Below are positions 38,737-53,741 of a DNA stretch of 64,000 nt, one piece after another; position 1 is the first letter of the stretch; each line of letters begins with the position of its first letter. Source of the stretch: Octopus sinensis. Taxonomy: Eukaryota. The stretch lies in NCBI RefSeq assembly GCF_006345805.1, contig NC_043006.1, forward strand, positions 60,202,001-60,266,000, read 5' to 3'. The notes beneath the pieces were generated by a model. That model was not told where the DNA came from, searched no databases, and saw only the letters and a program-made list of their open reading frames with translations. Position numbers and translations under genes: made by a program.

Positions 38737-39320
38737 GTGAGTAAAGTGTTTTATTAGTGTTTTACTGTCCCTAACGTAACTAATTTAATCCATCCTTTAC
38801 CCTTTGCAACCCCTATTTTATTTCTCATATTAAACAGAAAAAAATCACCCAGCAATAGATGATATTTAGCATACAAACTGTTCTCTTCTAAGTTTTTTCA
38901 TATACATGCATACATTCAATAATATATATGGAAGAAATGGTTGACTTACAATTTTCAATTTAATGTTATTGACACTTATGTAAAATTTGCACGACATTGC
39001 TCTTAATGTTGAAATATTTATGTTTATTTAAGAAATATTTATTTTCAACTGTTTAAATAGTGATACAGACTCTTTGGAGATACATTGTGAATTATTCTAT
39101 ATACAGGATATTTCAGGATATAGCTTAGAGAGTGTGAATTGGGCTTTAAAATCTGGGCTCTGATGAATTTTTAATACTTTGTATAATCATGTGATATTTA
39201 ATCTAATGTATAATTGTTCAAATTTAAATTTTGTATTGTACTTAGTCATACTAAATTTGAAATACAATGTGTATATCCAGTCCGATAAAATAAATTTCTT
39301 GCAAATTTATTTTATTGCAG

Positions 39321-39338
39321 AAACAACAGTACGGATGA
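39321..39338 (+). CDS. Exon 3, copy 2 (KQQYG-stop)
   Basis: Acceptor tttattgcAG; AATAAA at 39400. Confidence 0.7.
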   Translation, partial: KQQYG

Positions 39339-39596
39339 AGAACTATTAATTTATTTTGATAATTTCAATAATTGTGATACCTGAAATATAATTTTTTTAA
39401 ATAAAACATATATCTACCACAATTTCGTTGTTTAATCTATAAATTTAATTTTTTTCATTAGAATGATAGTCAACCGAGTTATCCATTTAACTTTTGGCTG
39501 AGTTATTTCTTATTTGCATTTTAGTATTTCTCATCTATTTCCAATATAAACAAATTTCAACTCAGCCGCGAAAATGCAAACGTAAAAGATCTGATA

Positions 39597-39966
39597 TCTC
39601 TCTATATATAAACGGCAGTTTGTCTGTGTGTGTTTCTGTGTGTCTGTCAGTTGTACCCTCACCCTGACCACGGCTTTCAACCGATTCTGATGAAACTTGA
39701 CACACACATAGCCGAATGTCATAATTCAAAACTAACATGGCGAAAATTTTGAAAGTTCCCTCAGTTCTGAAAAAAAATCGATAAATTCGACATGGAGTCG
39801 AGAATCAGAAACACAAACCACAGATTGTCTAGGGGACGAAACTCGACCTTTTTAACTAAAAAAAAAATTTACCATCATTTTATTCCAATTTTTTGGATAT
39901 AACTCTCTAAAAATGCTTTATAGTTATTTCCCTTACAAACCCGAGCAACGCGGGCGATACTGCTAG
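39597..39966 (+). mobile_element. 370-bp non-autonomous Helitron present only in unit 2
   Basis: 5' TCTCTCTATATATAAA and 3' cccg-agcaacg-cggg hairpin + CTAG. It sits between A and T with no TSD, and empty sites are at ~16760 and ~51838. Confidence 0.85.
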
Positions 39967-40597
39967 TAATTATATAAAAAATAAATAAATGCGCCCTCTT
40001 AAAGCCTAGCCAGGCTCATGGGCCCGGTTTCCCGGTTTCTATGGCATATGTGTTCCCCAGCTGGATGGGACACCAGTCATCGCAGCGTTACTCATTTTTG
40101 CCAGCTGAGTGGACTGGAGCAATGTGAAATGAAGAACACAACGAGTCGTCCGGTCCAGGAATCGAAACCACAACCTTACGATCATGATGCTGACACCCTA
40201 ACCACTGAGCTGCGGGAGAAAAACTTTCTTAAACTTTCATGCCGGTCAACGACCCTGCATTGATGAACATCTCTTCCAAAGGGAATATTTGTAGACAACT
40301 GCTTCAAAACCTGTAGCATCTTTAGACTGATTGTAAATTTATATTTATACCAATAATTCTTGGTGAATTATGGTAATGTTTAATTTTAAAAAATTCTTTT
40401 ACTTGTTTCAGTCATTTGACTATGGCCATGCTAGAACACTGACATAAAGGGTTTTAGTCGAAGAAATCTACCCCAGAACTTATTCTTTGTAAGCCTAGTA
40501 CTTATTCTATCGGCAATAGAAATTGCCGAACCGCTAAGTTACGGGGACATAAATGCACTAGCATCGGTTGTCAAGCGATGGCGAGGGGGGATGCAGA

Positions 40598-40635
<38 letters not shown>

Positions 40636-40644
40636 ACACACACA

Positions 40645-41809
40645 TATATATCTATAAAGCTGAAGTTGTGTGTGTGGATGGTTTGGTAGCCTTCAACTAA
40701 CACTATCTCCTCCGAGACCCTGCGGCGCAAGTTGACCAAAATTGAGAGTATGATAGATGAAGGCTTGCTCTTCATTCCGGACCATGTTAAGACCAAAAAT
40801 TATTTATCAAAAAGCAGTGCAGTTTGAAACTTGAGCTTCAACACAGTGCAAGGGAGATAACTAATGTTAATACTTTGTCTACAAAATCCTTTCCAGTTCT
40901 GGAAAGAGAGAGGACGTTTTAATAACTAAGATTACAATTACGACATCAGGAGCTGATGCACCCTACTGTTTCAGAAGGACACAGTTTCCCCTACGTGTTG
41001 TATTTGCCATGTCCATAAACAAACCACAGGGTCAGACATTATCCATGGCAGGGCTTCACTTGCAGGAGCCATGTTTCTCACATGGACAATTATACGTTGG
41101 ATGTTCCCGAGTCGGTAGTCAGAACAGCCTATTTGCTTTGGCTCCATCTGGAAGAACAAAGAACGTTGTCTATCGCGAAGTGCTGTAACCATATTTCAGC
41201 GACTATACTATGCATTGCCTATATTAACTGTTTATCTGAATGAATCTATATCTATAAAGCTGAAGCTGTGTGTGTGGCAGGTTTGGTAGCCTTCAACTAA
41301 CACTATCTCCTCCGAGCCCCTGCGACGCAAGTTGACCAAAACTGAGAGTATGATAGAAGGCTTGCTCTTCATTCCGTAGAACAAAAAATTCAAATCGAAC
41401 CATGTTAAGACAAAAATTATTTACATCACAAAGGTGCTTTTTTTTCTATGAAAAGCCCTATGTTCTACGATTTTTTTACTGCTGTGTACTTTTTCTTAAT
41501 GAATACTTTGCAGTGTTAACTTCTTAATAGATTTTCTGTGCAGTTCGAAACTTGAGCTTCATTTTTTTAAATCTACGGGTAAATTGTTTTCTCCACAATG
41601 TTAATAGTAGGAATATTAGCTAAGAGTACCAACAATTGAAGTCGGCATTACACATTTGCAGCACATTCAGGGCAAACTCGAGGATCGCCACACTATACTT
41701 TTATTCATAGATTGAAACTATGGCAAAACTTTGTTAACGCGACATCAAAGTCTGCTGTTTTAAGCGCAACTAAAAAACAAACCCGAGCAACGCCGGGCTA
41801 TACTGCTAG
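40645..41809 (+). mobile_element. Helitron composite with RepHel tail (40895-41188), unit 2
   Basis: Homologous to 17431-18634. The frame ends TKNVVYREVL*. Confidence 0.8.
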
Positions 41810-41818
41810 CACACACAC

Positions 41819-41927
<109 letters not shown>

Positions 41928-44840
41928 ATACGGAATCCTTCTACCAAATTACCAAATCCCTTTACAAGGCTTTGGTCAGCCCGAGGCTATAGTAGATGAC
42001 AGTTGTCCAAGGTGCTTCGCAGTGGGACTGAACCCGGAACCATGTGGTTGAGAAGCAAGCTTCTTATCGTTAACAAATGCTAACAATCTCAAAAGTGAGG
42101 ACTTCAGGCAAAGGAAGTCATCAACAAATAGGTTGTTTGCAAATAAATTTTACAACTGCAGTGTTCAACTGGTACTTATTTTATCGACGCCGAAAGGATT
42201 AAAGGCAAGGTCGATCCCTGCGAAATTTGAACCCAGAACGTAAAGACGGATCAAATGTCGATAATCATTTTACCCTGCGTGCTAAATTTTCTTATTTCTT
42301 TATTGTCCACAAGGGGCTAAACATAGAGGGGACAAACAAGGACAGACAATGGGATTAAGTTGATTACATCGACCTCAGTGCGTAACTGGTATTTAGTTTC
42401 TCGACCCCGAAAGGATGAAAGGCAAAGTCGACCTCAGCGGAATTTGAACTCAGAACGTAGCGGCAGACGAAATACCTATTTCTTTACTGCCCACAAGGGG
42501 TTAAACACAGAGGGGACAAACAAGGACAAAAAAGGGATTATGTCGTTTACATCGACCCCAGTGCGTAACAGGCACTTAATTTATCGACCTTGGAAGGATG
42601 AAAGGCAAAGTTTACCTCGGCGGAATTTGAACTCAGAACGTAACGGCAAATGAAATACGGCTACGCATTTCGCCCCGGCGTGCTAACGTTTCTGCCAGCT
42701 AGCCGTCTTAGTGTGTCTAAAATGACTATCGAAAAAAGAAGGGGTTAAACTAATATACCTTTGTAATTTTCCTAAAGTACACATATCAAAATATACTAGT
42801 TCCTAGTTCCGTATGAAGCTATTTTCTGGGGTGACAAATAAGTAAATTTTGTTTTAAAGCAAATGGTTCGTTGGGAGACATTTCGGCAATAGTCATAACA
42901 TTTACGATCCATATCCGGGAGCAAACCCAGACCTGCATACTATTCTCTCTCTCTCTTTCTCTCTCTCTCTCACACACACACACACATATTTACATGTGTA
43001 CTTGCCTATATATTGTTTTGATTTGAGATCGCGTGCTGAAACTGGCCATTAGGAAATACACAAAGTTAACTTCAATTAAACTTTTATTTTAAAAACTTTT
43101 CGCGGACTGCTACCTTGTTCTAAGGAATAGACACGATGTTTACGCCAGGGAAAATGGTTGGCGACATTTCGTCTTCATGTTCTGAGTTCAAATTCCACCG
43201 ATGTCCACTTCGCCTTTCATCCTTTCGGGGTCGATAAAATAAGTACCCGTTGAGTACTGAGTTCGATGTTATCGACTTAACCCCTTCTCCGAAATTGTTG
43301 GCCTTGTGCCAACATTTGAAACTAATATTTTTAGAGAATTTGAGCAAAATCAATAAACTGGTAAATATCGCACTAATTCCAATGTTCAACAATGAATTGC
43401 TAGGTTACCTATTGTCGTTCTTCCCAAATTTGTTTAAATTTCGATACTTTCACCCTCACGAGTTTCACTAAGAAAAGAAAAATCGGATTATTCGCATGGA
43501 ATTAAGTGAAATCGGAAAAAAGGGGTGGGGAAAACTGGACCCCATCCATTCCGGAATCATTGGAATATTTTATATTTTCGTTGAATGAATTGCAGTGACC
43601 TAATATGCCACAAAATGCTTTTTTGGTCCGGAAAACGGGGTGGAACCCTTGGAAATTTCACCTCCCCGTTCTCATTGGGAAGTACACCCGCACGATTTTC
43701 ACTAAGAAAAAAGAAATTCATTTTTGTTGAATGAATTACGGTGACCTCCTAATATGCCACAAAACCCTTTTTTGGTCCGGAAAACAGAGGGTGGGGCGTG
43801 GAACACACGGAAATTTTACCCCACCACTCTCAACATTTTACAAAAATACGTTTTCCAGAGGGCGGATTACTTGGTTCGTTATTCAATAAATAGAGAATGT
43901 GGATTAATATGTTCACATGTATATTGTGTGTATTTTATGCTGAAAATATTTTTTGTGAAGTCGTAATGAATGCATATATATATGTATATATGGCGTGTGT
44001 GTCTGTATAAGTAGACAGGTAAAAATTTACCTACAAAGTACTACTTACTTCTTTACTGTCAAATCATTAATTAATCCCAACAAAATACACACTTTTTCTC
44101 CACTAAATATTTTCAGTTTTATACCAGTGTTTTAGAAACAGAAAACAAAAATCTTTCGCGCGCAAACACACTTCAGTTTCTTTTTTGTGTGAGAGGGAGA
44201 GAGAGTGAATAAATGTTTTCTCAGAACGTAGCGGCAGACGAAATACTTATTTCTTTACAGCCCAAAAGGGGTTAAAGACAGAGAGGACAAACAAGGACAG
44301 ACAAACAGATGAAGTCGATTACATCGATCCCAGTGCGTAACTGGCACTTATTTAATCGACCCGAAAGGATGAAAGGCAAAGTCGACCTCGGCGGAATTTG
44401 AACTCCGAACGTAACGGCAGACGAAATACGGCTACGCATTTCGCCCGGCGTGCCACGTTTCTGCCAGCTCGCCACCTTTAAATAGAGGGAAATATTAGAG
44501 TTCAATATGAGGAGTTATTTTGGAAAAGGAAGCAAATAAGGAGTATATAGGGAAATAGAATGTAGAGATAAAAATAAAAATGTATAAAGATGTTATAGTT
44601 ACAGTTCCGTTATCCAAGGAAAGTGGTTGAAATGCTTCCTGTCCGTGGTTTGTAAATTCTAATATGTATGTACACGTGCATGTAGGCGTGTATATGTGCG
44701 CACGTGTATGCGTTTATGCATGTATTAGGGGTATGCGTGTGTGCGCATATATATATGTATGGATGTGCATGTATGTTGTATGGGCATCTGTATGCATACG
44801 TATGTGCGTATATATTTGTACGTGTATATGTATCTGTATG

Positions 44841-44880
<40 letters not shown>

Positions 44881-46775
44881 GATGCATGCATGCATACAGG
44901 TTTAAATACACTAGTACGCAAGTCTACATAATAATGCATTTCACACACACATACATGTGCATGTGTGCGTGCGTATATCGATATACACTTCTCTCTTTCC
45001 TTCTCTCTGATTCCTCTCTCCATACTATAACATTAGCCAGTTGAATAAGCATATAAATCTATTTATAGAAACTTGACCAGTCTTAGTATTCTTCCCTTCC
45101 AATTTGTGGTTTACTACTGACTTTAGAAACCCTCCTCCTATATCTTTCTGTACCCATTCCTTAACACCATTGTAACATATCACTCCACCTCACACATATT
45201 CACTACATTCATTCTTATCACTTCTTACCCTCCCCTACTCCTCTCCCATTCCCCTCATAATATCTTGACCACCATCTAACACTCCTTTCACTTTTTTCAC
45301 TTCCTTCTACCTTTTTCATTTTCTCTTCTTTTTTTCATTTTTCATCTTGTCTTCATCTTCTCTTCCTATTTCTTTCCTTCTTCTTTTCTCACCTTTTCCT
45401 TTGATCTCTTTCTTCATTTTAACATACACAGCTCTTCTCCCCTCTCTATCTACTAACATATGATCACCTAACTCCCCAAACTGCAACCCCTTTGATTATT
45501 ATGTGTGAGGCGCTGTTGGGCGAGAGATTAACAAAACTCCTTGTAACACCAAAGATGAACTGAAAGCAAGGATTATGGCAGCATTCACCAACTTAAAGAA
45601 GAGACAGTCCAGAAGAGTTGCAGGAGATTCCGAAATAGTTTGGATGCTGTGGTTGATCCCAATGGCGATTTTATTGAATAAATTTACTTTTTAGTATTTC
45701 AAGATATTTTTATGTAATTTTAGTAAATATCTGTTAAAATGAGATGTCGGTGTTATTTTCATTTTTGCATAATTTAAACAACAATATATTCACCACACCC
45801 TGTATGTGTGTTTTACTGTATATGTTAGTTTTACTGTCTCCTTGCCTTAAATTCGAGCAGTGGTTTTGTGTGTCATTAATGCAAGAGATGTTCTTCGTTT
45901 TCAGCCTTCCACATAATCAGGCCTAGGCTTGGATACCTTTCCCATCGACTATCCTCACATGCTTCCATATGAGGGTTGGCGACGGGGGTGACATTCGGCT
46001 ATACAAAATCTGTCTGTTCCATGCGAGCGTGGACGTTTCATATATATTCATATTGCATGGATTATAATATTTTCAACCGAAATGTTACAACCGTATCTGA
46101 TTGATCAAGTGCTTCAGTTCTGCTTATGTACATATATTTACTCCATTGCTAGCATTTATCAATGGTTTCTCTCATTGTCTCGATGCACCATTTTCTATCA
46201 TTAATAAAACCGTCGACATTTTTGACAACACAGGTATGCTTGTTTGCTAATAATATCTTGTATTAAAAACTAAGTGTGGACGTGAAAATGCTTCTACATT
46301 TGTGCTTTAAATGTAAACTTGTTAAAATGTTAGCCCTTCGTTTAATGGAATAACGGCAAGAGTTTGTTTTAGTGTAATTAATAACATTTGTTGGGTTTTA
46401 GATGCGTGAAACGTGTAATAGATTTCCACCCTTTCTCCTTCCAAAGGGTTTTTTCTTTGTCTTAGTAGCTATTGTTTCTAACTGCAATCATTTCGAGACA
46501 CATCGTTAATAAAACTCATTTACACATTTCACCATAATTCTATGCCTCCGTTTTATTTCTCGCTGTATACGTACGGCGCAGGCATGGCTGTGTGGTAAAA
46601 AGCTTGCTCCCCAATCACATGGTTCCAAGTTCAGTCCGTGGCACCTTGGGTAAGTGTCTTCTACTTTAGCCTCGGACCGACCAAAACCTTGTGAGTGGAT
46701 TTGGTAGACGGAAACTGAAAGAAGCCTATCATATATATATATATATACACACACACGCACACACACGCACACACA

Positions 46776-46816
<41 letters not shown>

Positions 46817-47389
46817 ACACACACACACACACACACAAATGAATATGTTTTGTGTCTGTCGCTTGACAACTGATACTGGTGTATTTAGGTCCCAGTAATG
46901 TAGCGGTTCGGCAAAATAGTCCGATAGAATAAGTACTCGGCTTACAAAGAACAAGTTCTGCGGCGGATTTCTTCGACTAAAACCTTTTAAGGTGGTGCTC
47001 CAGCATGGCTGTAGTTAAATGACTGAATCAAGTAAAAGAGTATATATATATTTAAAACGTTTTGAGATTGTCTCTACAGATTCTCTATCGAAATTATAGC
47101 CAGCACTGATTTGTGACAACATTTCATATTCAAATACGTCTAATGTAAACAGTGCAATCGAAGATAGAAAAAGTATGTAATGGATTTATATGAACATTGC
47201 CTCAACACATCTAACCCATTAACTGTTCACGAACTCATTGTTTAAATAGCTACAAAATATAGCGGTGCAACACTAGTGGATCTACCAGTTGTACACATCT
47301 ATAGTCTTCATTGTAACTACCTTGATTTCCCCTATGTGACACTTTTAAAAATCTCACCTTAATTTTCTCCCCTGTCTCCCCTACTACCT

Positions 47390-48290
47390 GACATAGATGC
47401 CAATTTAAAGAATGCCACAGTATTGAAATATGCAGACGACATCAAGCTGTACCTTGAAATCAAGAGGACAGATCCTGATGTCTACAACTCTTTCCTGCAA
47501 TCAGACCTAGACACAATGCAGCAATGGATCACAGACTGGCAACTGAAACTGGCCGTGGACAAGTGTACCACCATGCATTTTGGGAGAAAAAACCCTGCGT
47601 CCACATACTCCCTCCACAACACTGATATCAAGAAATCCTCTTGCGAGCGTGACCTAGGCATCACTGTCAGCAGTGATTTGCGTTGGACAAAGCATATCTC
47701 TAAAATTGTCAAGAAGGCCGAGGGTGTCTTGGCATCACTCAGCAAGACTTTTGTTAGCCGCTCTCCAGCCATCTATTTAAAACTGTATACAGCTATGGTA
47801 CGACCACACTTGGAATTCGCATCATCAGTTTGGAACCCCTATCTTGCTCAGAACATTGACCTCCTGGAATCTGTCCAGAGACGTGTAACCAAACGTATAC
47901 CGTCCATCAGACACCTACCATATTCTGAGCCCATTGTTTCCCTGGGAATGGATTCACTGAAGCTCCGGCGTCTGGCGACGGACTTGGTAAACACCCACAA
48001 AGTTATCAACCACCTCACCAACAACAACACTGAACACCTTTTTGATCTCCATGTGTCTAACACACGTGGACATGCCTACAAAGTCAGAAAACAACACAGC
48101 TCCCATGACTTTCGGAAACATTTTTTCACGCTCAGAGTTGCTGAAGCATGGAATAAACTGCCTGCGTCAGTTGTTGACTGCCATGACACTGCATCCTTTA
48201 AGGCCCTCATGCTTTCCGAAATCCGCCGAAACTACACCTGATTATATATACACTTTAGATGAGTTGTAGTGCACCTGAGCACTGTACACA

Positions 48291-48327
<37 letters not shown>
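47390..48327 (+). mobile_element. 5'-truncated CR1-group LINE, unit 2
   Basis: The ORF 47423-48241 translates identically to 24402-25220. Confidence 0.9.
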
Positions 48328-48328
<1 letters not shown>

Positions 48329-49249
48329 TTACCGTTGCTCTATTTTAATTTACCTCTCTCCCTTTCTCTCTCTCTCTCACTCTCTCTCTATCCAACATTT
48401 CCTCTGCTTTTCCTGTCACCTGCTTCTGCTGATCACCACTCTTTTCTATCGCCCTTTGCGTCCAATTATATTTAGATTATATTTAGATGAAGGTCATTTT
48501 ATTATTCTCCCCGTGCACTAGAACTCTTCCTCTTTCAAGAGGAAAGGCACCATCCTTTATACTCTGTATCTACTTGTTTTCTACAAGTTTTATATTTCCC
48601 CTCTGTGCGTTTTCAGTGGCAAAACCTGATTTCATTTCGTTCAAACTGGTAATTTCCAGACTAATCATCGAAACGGTTCCTAACCGCCGAAATCGTGTAA
48701 CTCTTGCAGCATTATAGACCCTTGGGCAAATCACTGCACATGGCTCTATAGTATTTATTTATTGACAGCAAGCCACGTCATACAAAGATTAGAATTGGAC
48801 CCTTAGACCTATGAGGCTCCTAGACAACTGCGTATTGTGCCGATGCTTTGAAGTAGCACTGGACTCTGTATTAAAAACGTCGGCTGATGAAATGGGTTTA
48901 TATGTATGTCTGTCTTTTCTTCTCTCCTTTGATTGTCGTACATGACATGGTAAGAAGGCGGCGGATTGGCAGAATCGTTAGCACGCCGGCGAAATGCGTA
49001 GCCGTATTTCGTCTGCTGTTACGTCCTGAGTTCAAATTCCGCCGAGGTCGACTTTGCCTTTCATCCTTTCGAGGTCGATAAATTAAGTACCAGTTACGCA
49101 CTGGGGTCGATGTAATCGACTTAATCTGTTTGTCTGTCCTTGTTTGTCCTGTCTGTGTTTAGCCCCTTGTGGGTAGTAAAGAAATAGGTAAGCATTCAAA
49201 CAGTATACGCATATACACACACGTATTCATATACACAAGTACGCACACA

Positions 49250-49295
<46 letters not shown>

Positions 49296-49698
49296 TAGAT
49301 AGATATATATATATATATAGAGAGAGTGTGTGTATATATGTACGTATGTGTATACATATGAATATATGGATATGCAAGTTATTCATAAGAAATAAAGACA
49401 CGGGTCGAAGAACCCGAATTCTATTAAAACCCCGGGGGAACAACATCACCACGACGACTATTATTATCACTGCTGCTGGTTACTCGACGGCTACAGCCAC
49501 TCTTATAGAAAACAAGTCTTGACGACACTTTTTAATTTACCAAAACAGATAGTAGCAATTTGCCGTCACAGACAGTTCAATTGTCATGCCACGAAAATTG
49601 ACGGAAACTACCACGTGCTCTTGCAGAAAAAGGAAAGTAAACTATGAATGGTAATTTTAATTTTAACTTTATTTTATTAATAGCTCTTTCCTCTCTAC

Positions 49699-49798
49699 NN
49701 NNNNNNNNNNNNNNNNNNNNNNNNNNNNNNNNNNNNNNNNNNNNNNNNNNNNNNNNNNNNNNNNNNNNNNNNNNNNNNNNNNNNNNNNNNNNNNNNNN
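49699..49798. other. Assembly gap (100 N)
   Basis: Exactly 100 N, typical of a scaffolding gap of unknown size. Confidence 0.99.
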
Positions 49799-50971
49799 GG
49801 GACACTAGACCGCACAACAAACCCATTACCCTGTACTTATATAATATAAGGTTTATGATTTCGGACGCAGAGTTCAAGGATGATTGTAAATACTTGCAAA
49901 TGTAAAAATAACGGACAAGTTGATTGAGACAAACAACCCTGCACTGTACTCATAATGGACAACTTATGGAATTGGTAATAAATTTCTCGGACGATTGCAA
50001 TGCAATGCGAATGTTTAGCATGGATATGTCCGATGTTCAACCATGTTTGTGAATTGTAAGTACACAACCAGATATATAAAGTAGAGAAACATTTAAACAA
50101 TGGGCTGTACTACGTGCACATGCAAAGCCGATGGGACAGTAGACTGCACACAAACTCATGTACCTGTACTTATAAAACTATAATGTTTATAATGTCGGAG
50201 CAGTGTTCAAGGATGATTGTAATACTTGCAAAATGTAAAATTAACGGTACAAGTTGATTGTACAAACAACCCTGCCACTGTACTCATAAAGTACAAACTT
50301 ATGGAATTGGTAATAAATTTTCGGACGATTGCAATGAATGCGAATGCTAATAAAACACACTGGATCATGTCCGATGTTTCACCAATGTTTGTGAATGTAA
50401 GTACAACAACACATATATAAAGTAGGAGAAACTTTATAAAACGGCTGTAATACGTGCACATGCAAAGCCGATGGACAGTAGACGCACACAAACCCATGTC
50501 CCTGTACTTATAAAAATAAGGTTTATAATTTCGGAAATCAATTCAAAGATGGCTGCAATACTTGTACTTGTCAATATAATGGTGCGGTTAGCTGCACTGA
50601 TTACCTCGTGTTCCTGTAATTACACACGGTAAAATTTATGAAATTGGTTCTGTATGGTATAATGATTGCAACAAATGTCAGTGCAACTCCGATGGGAAGT
50701 CGATTGTGAGCAAAAAACATGCAGTAAGTCCTGTATACAAAAGGAAAAACTTATTCTGTCGGTGAAACAAATTAAAGATGCCTGCAATACTTGTAGATGT
50801 GGACAGTTTGGTCAAATAAGCTGTACTAAAATGTACTGCCCCCCGACAACCATGCCAGTATTATGGAAAATTTACAAAGATGGAGAAATGTTCATGAGTC
50901 AGATAAGTGCAATGTTTGGTCGATGTTCGATTGGGAAGGTCAATTGTACCAAGTATGACTGCTATCGTCTG
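49799..50971 (+). CDS. 3' part of exon 2, copy 3 (~10-11 modules; indel-rich contig edge)
   Basis: B, C, A, B, C, A modules then the terminal modules ending CTKYDCYRL, with donor GTGAGT at 50972. Confidence 0.6.
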
Positions 50972-51559
50972 GTGAGTAAAGTGTTTTATTAGTTTTACTG
51001 TCCCTAAACGTAACCTATTTAATCCATCCTTTACCCTTGCAACCCCTATTTTATTTCTCATATTAAACAGAAAAATCACCCAGCAATTAGATGATATTTA
51101 GCATACAAACTGTCTCTTCTAAGTTTTTTCATGTACATGCATACATTCAATAATATATGGGAGAAATGGTTGACTTACAATTTTCAATTTAATGTTATTG
51201 ACACTTATGTAAAATTTGCACGACATTGCTCTTAATGTTAGAAACATTTATGTTTATTTAAGAAATATTTATTTTTCTACTGTTTAAATAGTGATACAGA
51301 CTCTTTGGAGATACATTTGTGAATTATTCTATATACAGGATATTTCAGGATATAGCTTATGAGAGTGTGAATTGGGCTTTAAAATCTGGGGCTCTGATGA
51401 ATTTTTAATACTTTGTATCATCATGTGATATTTAATCTATAATGTATAATTGTTCAAATTAAAATTTTGTATTGTACTTAGTCATACTAAATTTGAAATA
51501 CAATGTGTATATCCAGTCCGATAAATATATTAATTTCTTGCAAATTTATTTTATTGCAG

Positions 51560-51577
51560 AAACAACAGTACGGATGA
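51560..51577 (+). CDS. Exon 3, copy 3 (KQQYG-stop)
   Basis: Acceptor ttattgcAG at 51559; AATAAA at 51639. Confidence 0.65.
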   Translation, partial: KQQYG

Positions 51578-52478
51578 AGAACTATTAATTTATTTTGATA
51601 ATTTCAATAATTGTGATACCTCAAATATAATTTTTTTAAATAAAACATATATCTACCACAATTTCGTTGTTTAATCTATAAATTTAATTTTTTTCATTAG
51701 AATGATAGTCAACCGAGTTATCCATTTAACTTTTAGGCTGAGTTATTTCTTATTTGCATTTTAGTATTTCTAATCTATTTCCAATATAAACAAAATTTCA
51801 ACTCAGCCGCGAAAATGCAAACGTAAAAGATTTTATATAATTATATAAAAAATAAATAAATGCGCCCTCTTAAAGCCTAGCCAGGCTCATGGGCCCGGTT
51901 TCCCGGTTTCTATGGCATATGTGTTCCCCAGCTATACGGGACGCCAGCCCATCGCAGCGTTACTCATTTTTGCCAGCTGAGTGGACTGGAGCAATGTGAA
52001 ATGAAGAACACAACGAGTCGTCCGGTCCAGGAATCGAAACCACAACCTTACGATCATGATGCAGACACCCTAACCACTGAGCTGCGGGAGAAAAACTTTC
52101 TTAAACTTTCATGCCGGTCAACGACCCTGCATTGATGAACATCTCTTCCAAAGGGAATATTTGTAGACAACTGCTTCAAAACCTGTAGCGTCTTTAGACT
52201 GATTATAAATTTATATTTATACCAATAATTCTTGGTGAATTATGGTAATGTTTAATTTTAAAAAAATTCTTTTACTTGTTTCAGTCATTTGACTATGGCT
52301 ATGCTAGAACACTGACATAAAGGGTTTTAGTCGACGAAATCTATCCTAGAACTTATTCTTTGTAAGCCTAGTACTTATTCTATCGGCAATAGAAATTGCC
52401 GAACCGCTAAGTTACGGGGACATAAATGCACTAGCATCGGTTGTCAAGCGATGGCGAGGGGGGGATGCAGACAAACAA

Positions 52479-52505
<27 letters not shown>

Positions 52506-52512
<7 letters not shown>

Positions 52513-53710
52513 CTATAAAGCTGAAGTTGTGTGTGTGGAAGGTTTGGTAGCCTTCAACTAACACTATCTCCTCCGAGACCCTGCGGCGCAAGTTGACCAA
52601 AATTGAGAGTATGATAGATGAAGGCTTGCTCTTCATTCCGTAGACGAAAAAATTAAAATCGGACCATGTTAAGACCAAAAATTATTTACATCAAAAAGCA
52701 GTGCAGTTTGAAACTTGAGCTTCAACACAGTGCAAGGGAGATAACTAATGTTAATACTTTGTCTACAAAATCCTTTCCGGTTCTGGAAAGAGAGAGGACG
52801 TTTTAATAACTAAGATTACACTTACGACATCAGGAGCTGATGCACCCTACTGTTTCAGAAGGACACAGTTTCCCCTACGTGTTGTATTTGCCATGTCCAT
52901 AAACAAACCACAGGGTCAGACATTATCCGTGGCAGGGCTTCACTTGCAGGAGCCATGTTTCTCACATGGACAATTATACGTTGGATGTTCCCGAGTCGGT
53001 AGTCAGAACAACCTATTTGCTTTGGCTCCATCTGGAAGAAGAAAGAACGTTTTCTATCGCGAAGTGCTGTAACCATATTTCATCAGCGACTATACTATGC
53101 ATTGCCTTATATTAACTGTTTATCTGAATGAACCTATATCTATAAAGCTGAAGCTGTGTGTGTGTGTGTGGCAGGTTTGGTAGCCTTCAACTAACACTAT
53201 CTCCTCCGAGCCCCTGCGACGCAAGTTGACCAAAACTGAGAGTATGATAGAAGGCTTGCTCTTCATTCCGTAGAAGAAAAAAAAATCAAATCGAACCATG
53301 TTAAGACCAAAAATTATTTACATCACAAAGGTGCTTTTTTTTTCTATGAAAAGCCCTATGTTCTACGATTTTTTTACTGCTGTGTACTTTTTCTTAATGA
53401 ATACTGTTGCAGTGTTAACTTCTTAATAGATTTTCTGTGCAGTTCGAAACTTGAGCTTCATTTTGCTTTAAATCTACGGGTAAATTGTTTTCTCCATAAT
53501 GTTAATAGTAGGAATATTAGTTAACAGTACCAACAATTGAAGTCGGCATTACACATTTGCAGCACATTCAGGGCAAACTCGAGGATCGCCACACTATACT
53601 TTTATTCATAGATTGAAACTAAGGCAAAACTTTGTTAACGCGACATCAGAGTCTGCTGTTTTAAGCGCAACTAAAAAACAAACCTGAGCAACGCCGGGCT
53701 ATACTGCTAG
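52506..53710 (+). mobile_element. Helitron composite with RepHel tail (52779-53072), unit 3
   Basis: Homologous to 17431-18634; CTAG at 53707-53710. Confidence 0.8.
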
Positions 53711-53741
53711 CACACACACACATACATACATATATATATAT

